From NCBI GenBank assembly GCA_039545335.1, contig BCIN01000002.1:3329564-3393563 (forward strand): a DNA stretch of 64,000 nucleotides, given 5' to 3'. The notes beneath the pieces are model-generated. The model made no database searches and had not been told where the DNA came from. It was given only the letters and a program-made list of their open reading frames with translations. Below are positions 35,241 to 48,591 of this stretch, one piece after another; position 1 is the first letter of the stretch; the number at the start of each line of letters is the position of its first letter. This stretch comes from Kondoa subrosea (taxonomy: Eukaryota). The position numbers were made by a program, and so were the translations under genes.

Positions 35241-38237
35241 ATGACTACCTTAGTAAACGGACAGGTATGTCAAGAGTCGCTGCATTCACGGCCCTTTTGT
35301 TCGCTCATACGTCCGCTTTCTTCTGATGTAGCCTTATGAGCCAGTGGTCCCCTTCCCACATTTGATGACGCCTCAAGCAGAGTTAAACTTCCCTCAAGAA
35401 CCGTTTGCTGTGGTTCGTTGCACTTCTCTACCGTGTCTATTGATCTGGCGTTAATATGAAGCGGTCCCCAGGAAATCGCGGGCACTCGCAAACCAGGAGG
35501 AACTGGCGTTTACCGCAACAACATGTACCACAATGGAACAGAACTGCTTTCGATCTATGGTGATCCTGCTTATCCCAAGACTGCCTACGATTGCTTTGAA
35601 CATGGTCTCAAAGTGAACTTCTCTGGTCCCTGTGTAGGCAAAAGACCTTGGAGCACAAAGGAGAACGATTACGAGAAGCGATACACCTGGGAGACTTACT
35701 CTGAAATCGCTCAACGAAGAACGCACTTGGGTTCCGGTTTGGTTCATCTAGCGGAAACTCGATTAGGCGCACCAGAAGTCACGGGCTGGACTGTTGGTAT
35801 TTGGGCTTTGAATCGACCTGAATGGCAAATCGTTTCTTTGGCTACAATTGCTTACTCCCTCGTACTTGTCTCCCTTTACGAAACTCTTGGTCCTCAAGCT
35901 GTTGAATATTGTACCAATCACTCAGAATGTCGAGTAGGTCCTGGTCTCATCCGAAAGGCGAGCCGGGGGTATTAATGCGATTATAGGTCATCTTCGCTTC
36001 TCCTTCTCACATCCCCACTCTGCTCAATTTGTCAGACAAGTGTCCACTCATGAAAGTCATTGTTAGCGTTGACAAATTTGAAGACATCGATATGCCAAAC
36101 GGAGGTCCGACAGCTGGAGCTCTGCCAAAAGGCAATGTCTTGAAAGCATGGGGCGAATCAAAAGGCATTTTGGTCCTCGATATCGTTGAACTGGAATTAC
36201 TTGGTCAAGCTAACCCAAGAGCTCATGTGCCTCCGAAACCTGATGACATGGCTTCTATTTGCTATACTTCTGGAACTACTGGAAAGTGAGTCATTTCGTC
36301 TGGGATGTTTTAGATAGGCAGTAACCTGGCCTGTATTGTAGCCCTAAAGGAGCTATTCTTACTCACAAGCTACTCGTGAGTGTGGTTCAGACTGTAGTTT
36401 CTGCTTAATGAAATTTTCGACTCGCAGGCCAATTGTGTTCTCGGCCAAGTTCATGGTCGCTCTCTAGAGAAAACAGATGTCATGCTTTCCTACTTACCCT
36501 TGTCGCACATCTTCGAACGATTCACTGAAGATATCGCTTTCTATACTGGGTCTTCCATTGGTTACTCGTGTGGCGACAACACAAGATTACTAGAAGATCT
36601 TCAAACTCGTATGTTCTGCGGTCTTTGTTTCTGTGCTGTGCTGGGACTGAAGCTGTTTCTAGTCAAACCTACTATGATTGTTGCTGTACCTCGAGTGCTT
36701 AACAAGCTTTATCAAGGTCGACTACCCATCTCTACTGGTGGTGCATGCCTTACTGACCTGGTCCTATAGTCATCAAGATGGGAACAATTGAGGCTACTGG
36801 TCTGCGCGGAGCTCTTTCCCGTCGCGCATTCAGCACAAAGATTGCCAATCTACGCAAGGACGGAACAGTCGAACATGCTTTCTGGGATCGGATTCTTATG
36901 CGCAAGATCGCAGCAGCCGTCGGAGGAAACTTGAAATTCATTGGAACTGGTTCAGCTGCTATTTCACCTGCCGTCCTGGAGTTTTTGTCTGTTGCGTTTA
37001 GTTTGGGAATCAACGAAGGCTATGGATCTGTGAGTTTCTTGTCACGCATCTTTCATAGTTACTCATATTGCTACAGACCGAGAATGGAGGAACCTGCACA
37101 AAGGTAATGTTTTGCTTGCTTCTTGCCTATTTTGCCTCACACATACAAAAAAGAACATGGCGGGCGATTACACTGCTGGCGGAACTGTCGGTCCACCACA
37201 GCCAACGGTCGAAATCAAGTTAGCCGATGTACCGGCGTTGGGTTACTACTCCACCGATAAGCCTTACCCTCGGGGTGAAATCTTGTGTCGCGGTGAAGGT
37301 GTCATTCGTATGTCATGATGTAAGGCTATTGCAGAGATCGCAGCTAAGAACGGTTACAGCCGGCTACTACAAGGAACCCGAAAAGACCAAAGAAGCATTT
37401 GACGAAGATGGCTTCTTCAGTAAGTGCAGTACTAAAATATAATAGACCCAACATAATTGTTTTTGTAGAAACTGGTGATGTTGGCACAATCGACAACTTG
37501 GGTCGGCTGAAGATTATTGATCGAGGTAAAGTCTCGGCGCTTCTAATTGTGAACTGTGACTCATGCCAGGAAGTCCGTCTTGATAGTCAAAAACCTGTTT
37601 AAACTTGCTCAAGGAGAATATGTCGCTGTTGAAAAGGTCGAGAATGTCTACAGCGTCCCTTCTTTGGGTGCCCAGACTCTGGTGTACGCTGATGGACTAC
37701 AAAACCACTTGATCCTCTTCGTTGTACCGGATCCTGTTGCGTTGTCTGGTACGTGTCAATGTTTCAAAAATAAAACCTAAGCTGAAGTAAATCTTCGTGT
37801 ACAGGTCTGGCTCAACAAGTTCTCGGCAAGACAATTGATCCTACAAATGGTGCAGAATTGGCTAAAGCTGCGGAAGATCCAAAGATGACTAAAGCCGCTC
37901 TGGCCATATTCAACAAAGAGGCCGCTGCCCAGAAGCTGAATGGCTATGAAACTGCAAAGCAATTTGCCTTCCGCATGACCCCTTGTAGGCTCTGTCCTCT
38001 GTCTAACAAAGCAAAGCAAAGCTGACCGCTACGGTGTAGTCTCTGTCGAAGAAGATACTCTGACTCCAGTAAGCATAACTTCCTATTACCCTGAAAGTTG
38101 GGCTCACATTCTGTTCACAGACTATGAAGATCAAGCGCAACGTTGCTTACAAATTGCTGAAGCCTAAAGCAGATGTACTTTTCGCAGAGTACGAAGCTGC
38201 TAACAAGGGCAAAGGTGGTTTCAAAACCAAGTTGTAA
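35241..38237 (+). CDS. Long-chain fatty acyl-CoA synthetase, C-terminal TKL (possible PTS1)
   Basis: Motifs [61 protein letters not shown] and LTP|TMKIKR. Confidence 0.95.
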
Positions 38238-38470
38238 AGTAACAATACTCGTAGGCTTGTATATATAAGAAAGGTATTAGGACTTGCAAGATTGCATTGT
38301 ATGAATTGATATGTGAAACTCGTTTGTGAGCGTTTTCATTGAATCAAAACCCAATCGACCAGATGCGCCCAAATTATGGAGAATATAACTACTACTATAA
38401 GCAACGAAAGAAGGTGAAACTATACAAGATGAAAGTCGTGCGATCGCTACATAAGCTGCCTGAAATACTC

Positions 38471-40077
38471 TCACAGACCAAGAAGCGAGCCTTGCTTGCC
38501 TCCGCCAATGTTCAGATTCAGATTAGCCAGATTGCCGACATGAGCATCAGCCTTGACTATCGGATCTTTGCCATTGAGATTGACTTTGGCATCGACGAGA
38601 GGAGTGTTGGCTACTTTGACTTTAGCATCGACTAGGTTGGTGCCGCCAACTTTAGCTTTGACATCGACAAGAGAAGCTGCAGTGTTGCCAACTGTTGCTT
38701 TGGCATCTACGAGAGGTTTGCTGCTTGATCCAGTGAGTGATCCGAGCTACAACCAAACCGATCAGCTGCTGGTTCTCTGTGACAAGGAATAGGAAAGACA
38801 ACTCACATTGACTACCAAGCAAAGATCGAGAATAGTAGGGTGCTTTTCATAACCAGCAGGGCATCCACCATTTGCATCAGTTTGACGTTGGTTCTTGAAC
38901 AAGTTGATGTCCAAAGCAGAATCAATGCAAAGACCAGCGACAGTAGGATGACGAGTCCATCCAGCAGTGCATCGGTTGTCTTGATCATAAGTGCGACCGA
39001 GAAGACCATTGAGAATGTTGATGTCCAATGAAGCATTCAAGCAAAGGTTGATGATTGAAGAATGTTTGCGCCTAAACAAACCAAATGTGAGCAAATCGTT
39101 ACAAAGCGAAAAGAGAAAGGAGGGCTAACCATCCAGCTGCACAGTTTTGCTGCCTGTCTGGTCTTCTACCACCGAAACCCAAATCCAAATCAAAGCGAAC
39201 CAAAGGATCAATGCAAACAGCCAAAAGATGAGGATGATCTTTCCAGTTGCCAGGACAGTTGTCATTTGAATCCCATTCCTTGTGAGGACCAGAAATGCCT
39301 AGATCGAGGTCGATATCGAAGTCGATATCAATGCAAAGATCCAGAAGGAAAGGATGTTGCTTGTAGTTTGTTGGGCAGGCATTGTTTTGTGGTCGAACTG
39401 GTCTTGGAGCCAAACGGATTGGGTTGTTGCGTTCGCACTGACCTGATTGCCGATCTCTGTAATAACCGAAAGGACATTTGTCTTGTGGCTTGGAAGAAGG
39501 TTGAGCATTGTAGTTGTTTGGGTTCTGAGGTGTTCCTTTGTTCTTGTCACCATCGTGGTGCGGCTTATGTGTAGGAGGAGGAACCCAGCTAGAAGAAGAA
39601 GAAGTNGGCTTATAGTGAAATGCAGGAGCAGACGAAGGTTGATGATAGCCAGGACAGTCAGGTCTGTGTGTGTTGGCCAGGACCTGCAAGGAAATGTCAG
39701 GTGGAGCAAAAGAAGAATTAGCGAGTGGACATACATCAACATCAGCGCAAACAGAAACGATGTTGAGTGCTCCAGCAGTAGCGTGAGCTTGCAACAGTCC
39801 TTCACTTCCTCCGACCTACGCAAAACATCAGCCAAAATTGAGACAGTTNANNGAAAGAAAGACATACAGTTGCAGCAACAGTAGCAGTAACCAATCCATN
39901 AACCTGTACTTTTGCATTAACGGCAGCCAGAGGAGACTGCAGCTCATTGATTAGCCCAAGGTATGAGGACAAGACAAGGNACAAGCTCACATCATTTCCG
40001 CCTAGACCCAGTAAAGGCATTCCATATACTGAAGTGGCACATGAGGCGGCTAAAGCCACAAAAGAAGTAGTGCGCAT
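38471..40077 (-). CDS. Secreted Cys/His-repeat protein (copy 2)
   Basis: Inverted copy of 18629-20235 with the same exons. It diverges after NGKDPI and ends VKADAHVGNLANLNLNIGGGKQGSLLGL-TGA. Confidence 0.85.
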
Positions 40078-40275
40078 CGTTGGGTAGTGTTCAGTGAAAG
40101 TCGTTCGTTAGATTCAAAGGAGTGTAAGGGGTTGTAATCAAAAGAATGTGATCTTGAGCCTTGTCAAAGGTAGTGAGGATGCAGACAGAACTGAACAGAA
40201 CAAATCAGAGTGAGGAATTCAAGTGAAGTGAGATGGAAGAAGAGAGAGAAGAGAAGAAAGCGAGCGAGTTTTGTT
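38553..40275. repeat. Right arm of a roughly 1.7-kb inverted repeat (partner 18441-20153)
   Basis: Reverse complement of the left arm, including about 190 nt upstream of the ATG. Confidence 0.97.
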
Positions 40276-40655
40276 GATCCAAAGGCAAACATGGTTCGAA
40301 TGAAAATGCCGAAACTTTGAAAAACAGTCTCACGGCAGCAGCAAATCGTAAGAGAAATACTCGGCGTGTACCAGCGTGACCAGAGCAAAGATATCCAAAG
40401 ATATCCAGTTGCTGCAATGCGACCTCACCAAAGTACTGCTTGATTCCAATCGGAAGTCAATTCTTCTCGTTGCCTAGTCAACCAGAGAGCAGAGAAAGTA
40501 TACGATGAGCAGAAAAGAGAGCCAAGAAGTATGTCTGGAAGTCGCAACAGATACTATTCCGCTAAAATGCGAAAATGCGACAATAGCTCTTCTGCTCAAG
40601 CATGACTTCCAAAACTCAGTGCAACGCAGGAACGCTTTAGGGAAAGCAGCAACAA

Positions 40656-42319
40656 ATGGCTAGTTTCCATTTTGCAGACTCTGAACCCCCAAGTCGGTCG
40701 CCAACACCAAGCCTTGAAAATGTCAAGAATGAGAAGACGCCTGTCGAAACGTTGCTGCCCGCAGGTTGTCAGCCTGATGAGGTCTACAAGAGCATGATGT
40801 CTCCAGCCATGTACAATCTGCGTAAACGGTTTCTGGCGAGCTTGGAACGAGAAATTCCTTTGCTGGTGAAATTGCAAGTGAGTCGTAATGCGCTCTATTG
40901 CGGCGCAACCCTCAGTACGCGTGCAGTCAATCACACGAAATCGATATCTGGACTTCTACTTTCATATTGCATCTCTTTCTGGCAGTCACTCCTCTTTCCT
41001 CATCTGTCTTCCCCTCTTCTTCTGGTTTGGTCTGCCCGAAACAGGCTTCAGTCTTCTTTTCATCCTTGGCGTTGGTATTGCCTCGACAAGCGTGCTCAAA
41101 GATCTGCTATGCGTGCCGCGACCTTACTCACCGCCGATAGCTCGCTTCACGCTCATAGGAAGTCACGCCAAAGAGTATGGCTGGCCTTCCACTCACTCTA
41201 CCAATTCAGTCAACATAGCTCTCGTCTGCGCGTCAACCGTTGGTCCTTTAGGCAAAAGTCTGCTTAGTATTTATGCAGCAAGCGTTGTTCTGGGACGGTT
41301 GTATTCTGGAATGCACAGTATCCTGGACTGTGCAAGCGGCGTCTTGTTAGCGTATCTGCAGCATGTCTTGCTGGTCCCACTCGCGCCCACGTTGGTTGCG
41401 TGGTGTCAAAAAGGCTCTCTTTACTGTAAGTCGTTGCTCGAGTGAAACACTAAAGACTCGCTCACAGACGTAACATAGCCGGTCCGACCGTAGTTGCGAT
41501 CACTCTTCTTCTCATTACCTTTCACCCGCAACCTGTCGATCCGTGCCCATGCTTCGAAGACACGGTCGCGATAGTTTCTGTTGTGCAAGGCTGTTTATTG
41601 GGGCATTGGATTTTGGGAATGGGAAATGTTCAGAGAAATCCGATCTATAACTATTCCTCCGAGTCTAGCATTCTTGTCATGGCGGGCATTGGAATAACGA
41701 AAATCATCATAGGTTAGTATATTTATTTCGATCACAGGCCTTCTCCTCATGCTTAGCAGGCATATCTATTCTACTTATATGGCGAATCATGGCCAAACAA
41801 ATGCTTCATGTTGTCCTTCCCCCTTTGATCAGGATTAGTAAACCGTACTTGGCTCTTCCGCGAAGATATTACGAACCATCAAAGTATGTTCTGCCGCTCG
41901 CATAGACTGTCAACCGCTAATTGTGTATCAGCTCCTACCGCGAGTCTTATTCCAAAACCGATCCAGCGGAAAATATTCTCCTGAATCCTGTTCCTTCTCT
42001 GCTTGATCTGTCTACACCGTTGGATGAACACAAGAGTATCGCATCCAGCTTTCTTCAACCCAACGACGCAATCTTGCGGCATCGCAAGTCAGCTCACTCG
42101 ACCAAGGCATTTGAAGAAGATGTAACTGCCCAGGCTGACTATGGTCCACCACCACAACGATATGATGCTGATGTGCTGACTAAAATTGGTCAGTCCGTGG
42201 TCAGCTATAGCGGGCGCTTGTGCTCACTCTTCCTGCCTGCAGTCGTGTATAGCGGAATTGGACTGTTGGCATGCTTTGCGATTCCATTCGGGTTCGAGTA
42301 TATAGAAAGGGGAACATAG
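40656..42319 (+). CDS. Sphingoid long-chain base phosphate phosphatase (PAP2 family, Lcb3/Ysr3-like)
   Basis: PAP2 motifs KDLLCVPRP, EYGWPSTH and GRLYSGMHSILD, plus HPQPVDPCPCFED and RYDADVLTK...VYSGIG. Confidence 0.92.
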
Positions 42320-42419
42320 TGAAGCGCTGGCCGCGTTGTATATAACTGCATGCTGAGACAAACTTCACTCGTACTGAGTGCATTTGCAGGACGAGCGTCT
42401 TGTCTCGAAACATCGACCA

Positions 42420-45400
42420 ATGTTGAACGAAGAAGAGGAAGTCGACTTTGGAGCAGTCTCTGAAGACGATGTTATCTCACTTGGTGATACATCGCACATT
42501 GCAGCAGAAGATGGACAATTTTCCAACTTCAATGGTTTAGCAAGTCAGAGAACCGAATCCTCGCCGCCGAAGCCTTCAGGATCTTCAGTCCAGGCCAATA
42601 GTAATGCTTCAAGCCTATCAAAGCCCAAAGTGGACTCGAATCCTGGGACAAAACTCAGCACCACACCTTTTCCTAAGATGCCCTCTAGCTTGCCTCCAAG
42701 ACCTCCGGCTTCCCTCTCTATGTCTCCTGGCGATGCTTTGGCTCGTAGGGATCTACCTTTGGCTCGTCGCGATCCACCTTTGAGGGACAGCAGGTCTTCT
42801 GGTCCTTTACCGCCAACTGAATATCCTACGGCTGGAGTTCTACCTAGACAAAGATTACCTGAGGGTTGGCAGCTGAGAACATCATCCTCGACTGGCAAGC
42901 TTTACTATTGGTGTCCAAGTCTAGACAAGGCGACGTATGAATTTCCAACTGCTCCTGCGCCTGCAATTGCTGCCGTAAACAGAGATCCACCACGAGAATC
43001 TCAATCAGAAGACAAGAAATATGTAGCTGTCTCTTCTGAGCGTCTTTCATGTCGAGAAGAATCGCGACGAGACATTTCCCGCCAATCTGAAGCCTCTTCT
43101 TACATACTGCCAGAACGAGCAGAACCCGAAAGATCATCTAGACCTCGGGATAGATCACCACCTCCTCCGCCTGCTCGTTATAGAAGTCGAAGTCCACCCT
43201 ATGCTGGATCATCAGCGAGAGCTGAAGACCACCCCAAAGTGCCACTTCTTGCTAGGGCAAGAGACCGCTCTCCGCCTCCTTTGGCCAGACCTGCCGCTCG
43301 TCAAGTTTCTCCAGAACGGAAAAAAGCTGCTTCTCCTGATAGAAGAAGATCGCTTGATTATCCTTCTGAACGCTATGCAGACCGTCGTTCAGCTGGCGAA
43401 CCTCTTCCGCGCCGAAGTTGGTCTCAGTTGTCGCTATCAATAGTCAACCAACTTATTTCTATCTCTAGTACGATCGCCTTCTCCAGCTGCGGTTCGGTCA
43501 ACAAGATTAAGATCTTCCGTTCGAATTGCTCGCTCTCGTTCTCCCCCAAGAAGGCTTCGCTCTAGGTCACCAGCAAGGTTGGTCAGACAATTTTCACCGC
43601 CAACATTGCATCGCGGTCGATCACCTTCCCCTGTAAGAAACGCAAGGCCAATTTCTCCACCTGCAAGAATGGCAAGACCGCGTTCTCCTGAATTTCCGGC
43701 AAGAGGACGTCCTATCTCACCTGTACGATTGGCCAGGTCTCGCTCACCTCCAAGACTTGCACAAGTTCCGGTGTCTCGAGCTCGTTCACCACTTTTAAGG
43801 AAAGCTCGATCGCCATCTTTACCTCCTACTAGAGCCAGAACACCTCCCCGCGCCAGATCACCGGTGCCAAGGGAGAGATCACCTATATTGAGAGGCAGAT
43901 CACCTCCCAGAGCTAGATCTCCGGTTCATCGTGCAGTGGCGGACGCCCGAGCTGGAAGGACAGATCTGACAGAGAGCTCAAGATACACAGAGGATAGAAG
44001 GCCACTCGCGAGCAGACCTCAATCCCCGCCTGCTAGGAAAGGAACTGCCAGGTCACCTTCTCCGCTCAGAAGGCGCTCACCTCCTCCGCGTGTTGCATCT
44101 ATCAGAGAAGGTCTGCTGCGCCGATCATAATCTCAACGGTGCAACATCCTTATTTCTTGCTATTGCAACAGATCGACCAATCGAAGCAATTCAAGCTCGT
44201 GGAGAATCGCGCTATCCCGAAAGAACTGAAAGTAGAGTGTCACTCACCGAGTCAAGCAGGGATTACAGGCCTTTGAGACGGCCTGCGTCGCCTGAGCCTT
44301 CAATTCGATCAAGCAGGCCTGTCGAAACCGCACCAGGACAATCGAGCTCGGCGTATGATTCGCGCAATCGAGGTCCTTTACCTTCTCAGCAGGATGTAAC
44401 GAGGCAGCAAATTTATCCTTCTACAGTTCGCGATAGTCAACCTCGGAACGGAGAGAGGAAGCCACCCATCTTTACCGAGGCAACCTCTTCGCTGCGTCGT
44501 CCTGCACCTTCCTGTAAGTGATGCTTTCCTTCTGCTTCCGCATCGTCAATTCAGTCTTTCCTATTCAGCTCGTGAAGATGGTCCGATGAACCCTCCAGCC
44601 ACAATCGATCGTAGCAAGATCAACGACAGATCAAGAGAAGCTTCGCAACCTCAGTCGTCTGCGAATACCTACGATCGACCTACTGCCTCCCGCGACACAA
44701 AATCCGAGGATGCAAAGCGCCAATATTCAAATGCGAGACCCCTTCCTGTGGCAGCCGGATCTTCTGTCACCACATTACCGCTTCGGCCTGAAGCTAGAAT
44801 GAATGATAGACAAGTGCGAGAAGTCTCACCTGCAAGGTATCAGGAAGAGGTCAAACCATCTTTTCTACCTGATACTGGGTCTCGTCTCTCCCGTTCTTCA
44901 GACGAATCCAGATCAAATCAGGCTAGTACTCACCAAGCCAGGCCCAGCTCGAATTTCCCTTGGGAAGACAATCGAGATGATAGGTCGGCGCAGTCGGCGT
45001 TCCGAACAAATGAACAGCAATACTACAAATCTTCTCGCGATACAGCGAGCGAATCTCGAATCTCACTTCCGTCAAGAACTGAACCGCCGCTCCAAGCTTC
45101 TTCTAGTCGCCGTCCGGATACCAGAGATGCAACAACCAATGGTAATTTGGAGGATATGTCTGGTAAGATCCTTGCTCTGTATACATTTGTCTCTCTCTCA
45201 AGTTTTGTTTAGCGTTGCTGCACAACAGGCGCTCTGAAGATACCAGGAATGACAGATCCCGCTTATCAGAGTCTCAACCCCCGTATGTCTCAGTCTTGGA
45301 GGTATGACTAAGGCTGACTGAAAAGGCAGACCATCGCCTCGAAGCACTGCACCTCTCGAAAAATCATCATATTCAAGACCTTCTGCTGCTCGAATTTCGT

Positions 45401-46356
45401 CCTCTCCTCGCACCCGCCCTAGAGAAGAAGAAGAGTCGCCTGGTCCGCAAGCGAAACGTGCCCGTGCAGATGCAGCTCAGGAAGAGCGGAATCTCACTGC
45501 GGAAAGAGCTGAGCAGCAGAGATTGGCAAGACTCGCTGCATTGGAGCAAGAAGCAGAAGGGAGCCGTGCGCCCTCGAAATCAGCCGCAACCCACCGTCTA
45601 TCAGGAAGACAGATCAAAGGTGCCGCTAGTCAGGTAGGAACCGTCGATGCTGGCTGGGGACACCGGTCGCAAGCCTCAAGAAACGGGTCGATCACTCCTA
45701 TCAGCGCTTCACCTTGGGACCGCTCTTCTCGTCAATCAAGTCCTCCTTCAGGAGGGAAGCCATCATTATCGATACGAAACGCAGCTTTGACTGAACAATC
45801 CCTGAATAACCTTCCTTCGCGAGTTGATCCGCCTACTAAGCAAGAACGTGCTCCTTGGGGGGAAGCCGAACCTTCACCTACCGATCCGATCGCCCGATGG
45901 GTGCAGCACGATGTTCCTCGAGCCGTTACGCCTACGATAGAAGAACCACTCTTGGTCAATTATACTAGAGTCGATGATCAGCAAATGCAAGAATCTTCAG
46001 CCAGTAAACCTTCGCTTTTAGCTCGCCTGAGCCTCAGCTCGTCCACACCGAGGCCCCAATCTTTACAAGATCGATTATCAGGTATTGTGCTGCGATTTTT
46101 CTGATTTACCATTGGCTTACACAATCGTCGTTTAGCACCTTTAGAGAATGAAGGATCATCTGCAAGGGATGCAAGAAGACGACCGAGTAGAGATCAACGT
46201 GTTGCATCATCTGTGGGTCGCACGCTACATCTGCATCCGTTAAAGTCTGACTTGCTTCAGGACGGCAATCGCTTGAATGATAGTTCTGCAAGGCCAATGG
46301 CAGAACGTCTGTCCGAGCGGCCGGTTGACAACGGATACAGAAGACGCGGAAGATAG
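42420..46356 (+). CDS. Large Arg/Ser/Pro-rich protein with a WW domain
   Basis: WW-like LPEGWQLRTSSSTGKLYYWCPSLDKATYEFP and many RxRSP repeats. ORFs 42378-43565, 43579-44130, 44090-44521, 44586-45212 and 45523-46104 are linked by short introns. Confidence 0.75.
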
Positions 46357-46637
46357 ACACAGAGGTCTAGAGAGCAGCAGTATTTGTATAAATAGGATCT
46401 TCAGTAGCAGGACATGCAAAAGTAACATACGATCGAGAGAACAATTGCCCTGCGGATTCGGGAAACCTTTCGCGAAGCAATATTTTCAGATCCACTGCTA
46501 ACTCTCTTGACTTTGTATTGCACAGCGACTTCTGATAGTTGGGCGCTGTCTTTCCAGTTGTGGCTTCTGGACTACGTATCAGGCTGCAAGGAGCCAGGCA
46601 AGAAACAGGCATACTCCCTCTGCATACATCCGACAAC

Positions 46638-47699
46638 ATGAACAACAGCAATTCAAGCAGTTCGCCAATTATGCCTCTTTACAACTCTGGATCAGGTGCT
46701 GCGCATGGCCTAAGTAGCGCGGCGACGACTAGGGCAGCCAAAGGATGGAATAGGGCAAAGCTCATGCTGAAAAGAGCAAGTCGGTTTTCGCAGATGGACA
46801 TGGAACTGGCTTTCTGGCAGCTGGGCTACCTGTGTATAGCACCGCGAAGAGTGTAAGTACTCCCATGTCGGGACTTCAGTCACGCGTCAAGCTCATAAGT
46901 TCGGATCCAGCTATCGAAATGTATACTACCACAAACAGACCAAGAATACTTGGGCAAGGGATGATCCAGCAATGTTGCTCATTATCTCTGCAGCTGTAGC
47001 AGGTTAGCCAATCACTTCTTTGCTTGAAGTGCATTCTGAGCGGCATCATCTTCAGTTGCCGGCTTGCTGTGGTCGACCGTCTATGCGCGCTATTCTGCTT
47101 TACTGGTTCTGCGCACCATTCTTTCCATGGTATTCATTGACTTTCTGCTGGTCGGCGTCTGTATATCAACAGCATTATGGTACTTTCGTATGATCTTTAC
47201 TTGTACCAGAGCTCATTTCAGAGCAGGTTGCTGTCCAACAAATTCCTGACGCACTCCAGTCATACACATGCGACGGATCAGGAAGTTGAGTGGTGAGCTA
47301 GCCTTGGTTTCTGTGTCGCAGTGCTGATTCTCTACTCAGGGCATACGCTTTCGATGTTCACACAAACTCTTTCTTTCCCTTCTTCCTGCACCTCTATGTA
47401 GCGCAGTTACTTCTCTCACCTGTTCTAACAAGACATAACTGGGTGTGCTTGTTTGCTGGCAATACACTCTACTTGGCAGCTTTCGCTCAATACGCCTACG
47501 TGACTTGTAAGTTCTAAAACCCAAGCATAACCAGTCAGTCACCAATACCCTTGCAGATCTGGGATACAACGCTCTTCCTTTCCTCATCCGCTCCGAGTTA
47601 TTGCTCTCGCCTGTGCTGGTCATCTTCATACTGTACATTGTCTCATTATTGGGTTTTAACATTTCAAGACATGTTTTGGCTTTCTACTTTGGCGTATAG
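46638..47699 (+). CDS. GMH1: UNC-50/Gmh1 family Golgi membrane protein
   Basis: SQMDMELAFWQLGYLCIAPRRV|YRNVYYHKQTKNTWARDDPA and VEW|AYAFDVHTNSFFP. Confidence 0.95.
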
Positions 47700-47792
47700 A
47701 GATGAGCCGAAGGGCCTGTCAACATGGTATGCGGTCTGTCACGCAACAGGGTGTGTATTGTGCTATTACAGCTAAAACTCTCGCTGAAAGTC

Positions 47793-48309
47793 TTAGAAAT
47801 CTAGTACCAAACTTGGAGCAACCGTTTCGAAATGCTTCACCTATCGTAAAGCATCAGCTCCAGTGACGTCCTTAAAGAAATACCAATACCAACCTCGATC
47901 ACTTCAGCTTCCGGATTTTGTTTGGTCACTTGAGCTGTTCGGTGAATTGCTTCAACTGAAAAGCGAGTGATTGCATTAGCGATAGGCCAGTGTGATGTAG
48001 ATCATCACAGACTTGTAAATAGGCGGAGGTATTCAGTAGATAGATGCAGAGCGCTTGGGCTGACTGAATAGAAAATCACGACACTTTGTCAACGCACAGC
48101 GATATACTGCGTTTATCAATCTCATGCTGACTTTTAGTGTTCTTCTGCCAGCAGGTCTCGAACAACTCTTCCAGTGTAGCCTTGCAAATCACGCGTTGTA
48201 AGGGTGTGAATGTAAGCAAGTCTTGTAAACCTGAGCTCACGGTCTTGAAAGTTGGAATAGCAATCTCATCGTCTTCCGGCTTCATCTCTACGTCTTTTGC
48301 AGGCGCCAT
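47793..48309 (-). CDS. MHF2: CENP-X/Mhf2 histone-fold protein
   Basis: The spliced C-terminus VEAIHRTA...EVIE|VKHFETVAPSLVLDF-TAA matches the CENP-X terminal motif. Confidence 0.8.
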
Positions 48310-48591
48310 CGGTGCATCAGCTTGCAAACGCGCTGTCTTTGTTTCGTTGTACTTGCTCAAGCCAAATTCCCAGTCGCAACTGTCAGTCGGCGAAACGGCT
48401 GTCGTCTGGAGCTGAGAGTTCAGCATACCTTCTGCCTCTGTGTACTATTGATTTTGGCTAGGTCTCATCTTTCACTCCAGTGCTCGACGCGAGAGCAATC
48501 GAAGAGTTCCCTTTGTTTCTATTTGAATTGGTTCTTCTGATTATCATCGAGATCTCTATCTTTTATACCATCAAGCGGAGCACAAAGAGCT

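Noticed and set aside
18629..40077. RIP-type mutation of the duplicated secreted genes
   Set aside because: The differences are mostly synonymous transitions in both directions, and both reading frames are intact.
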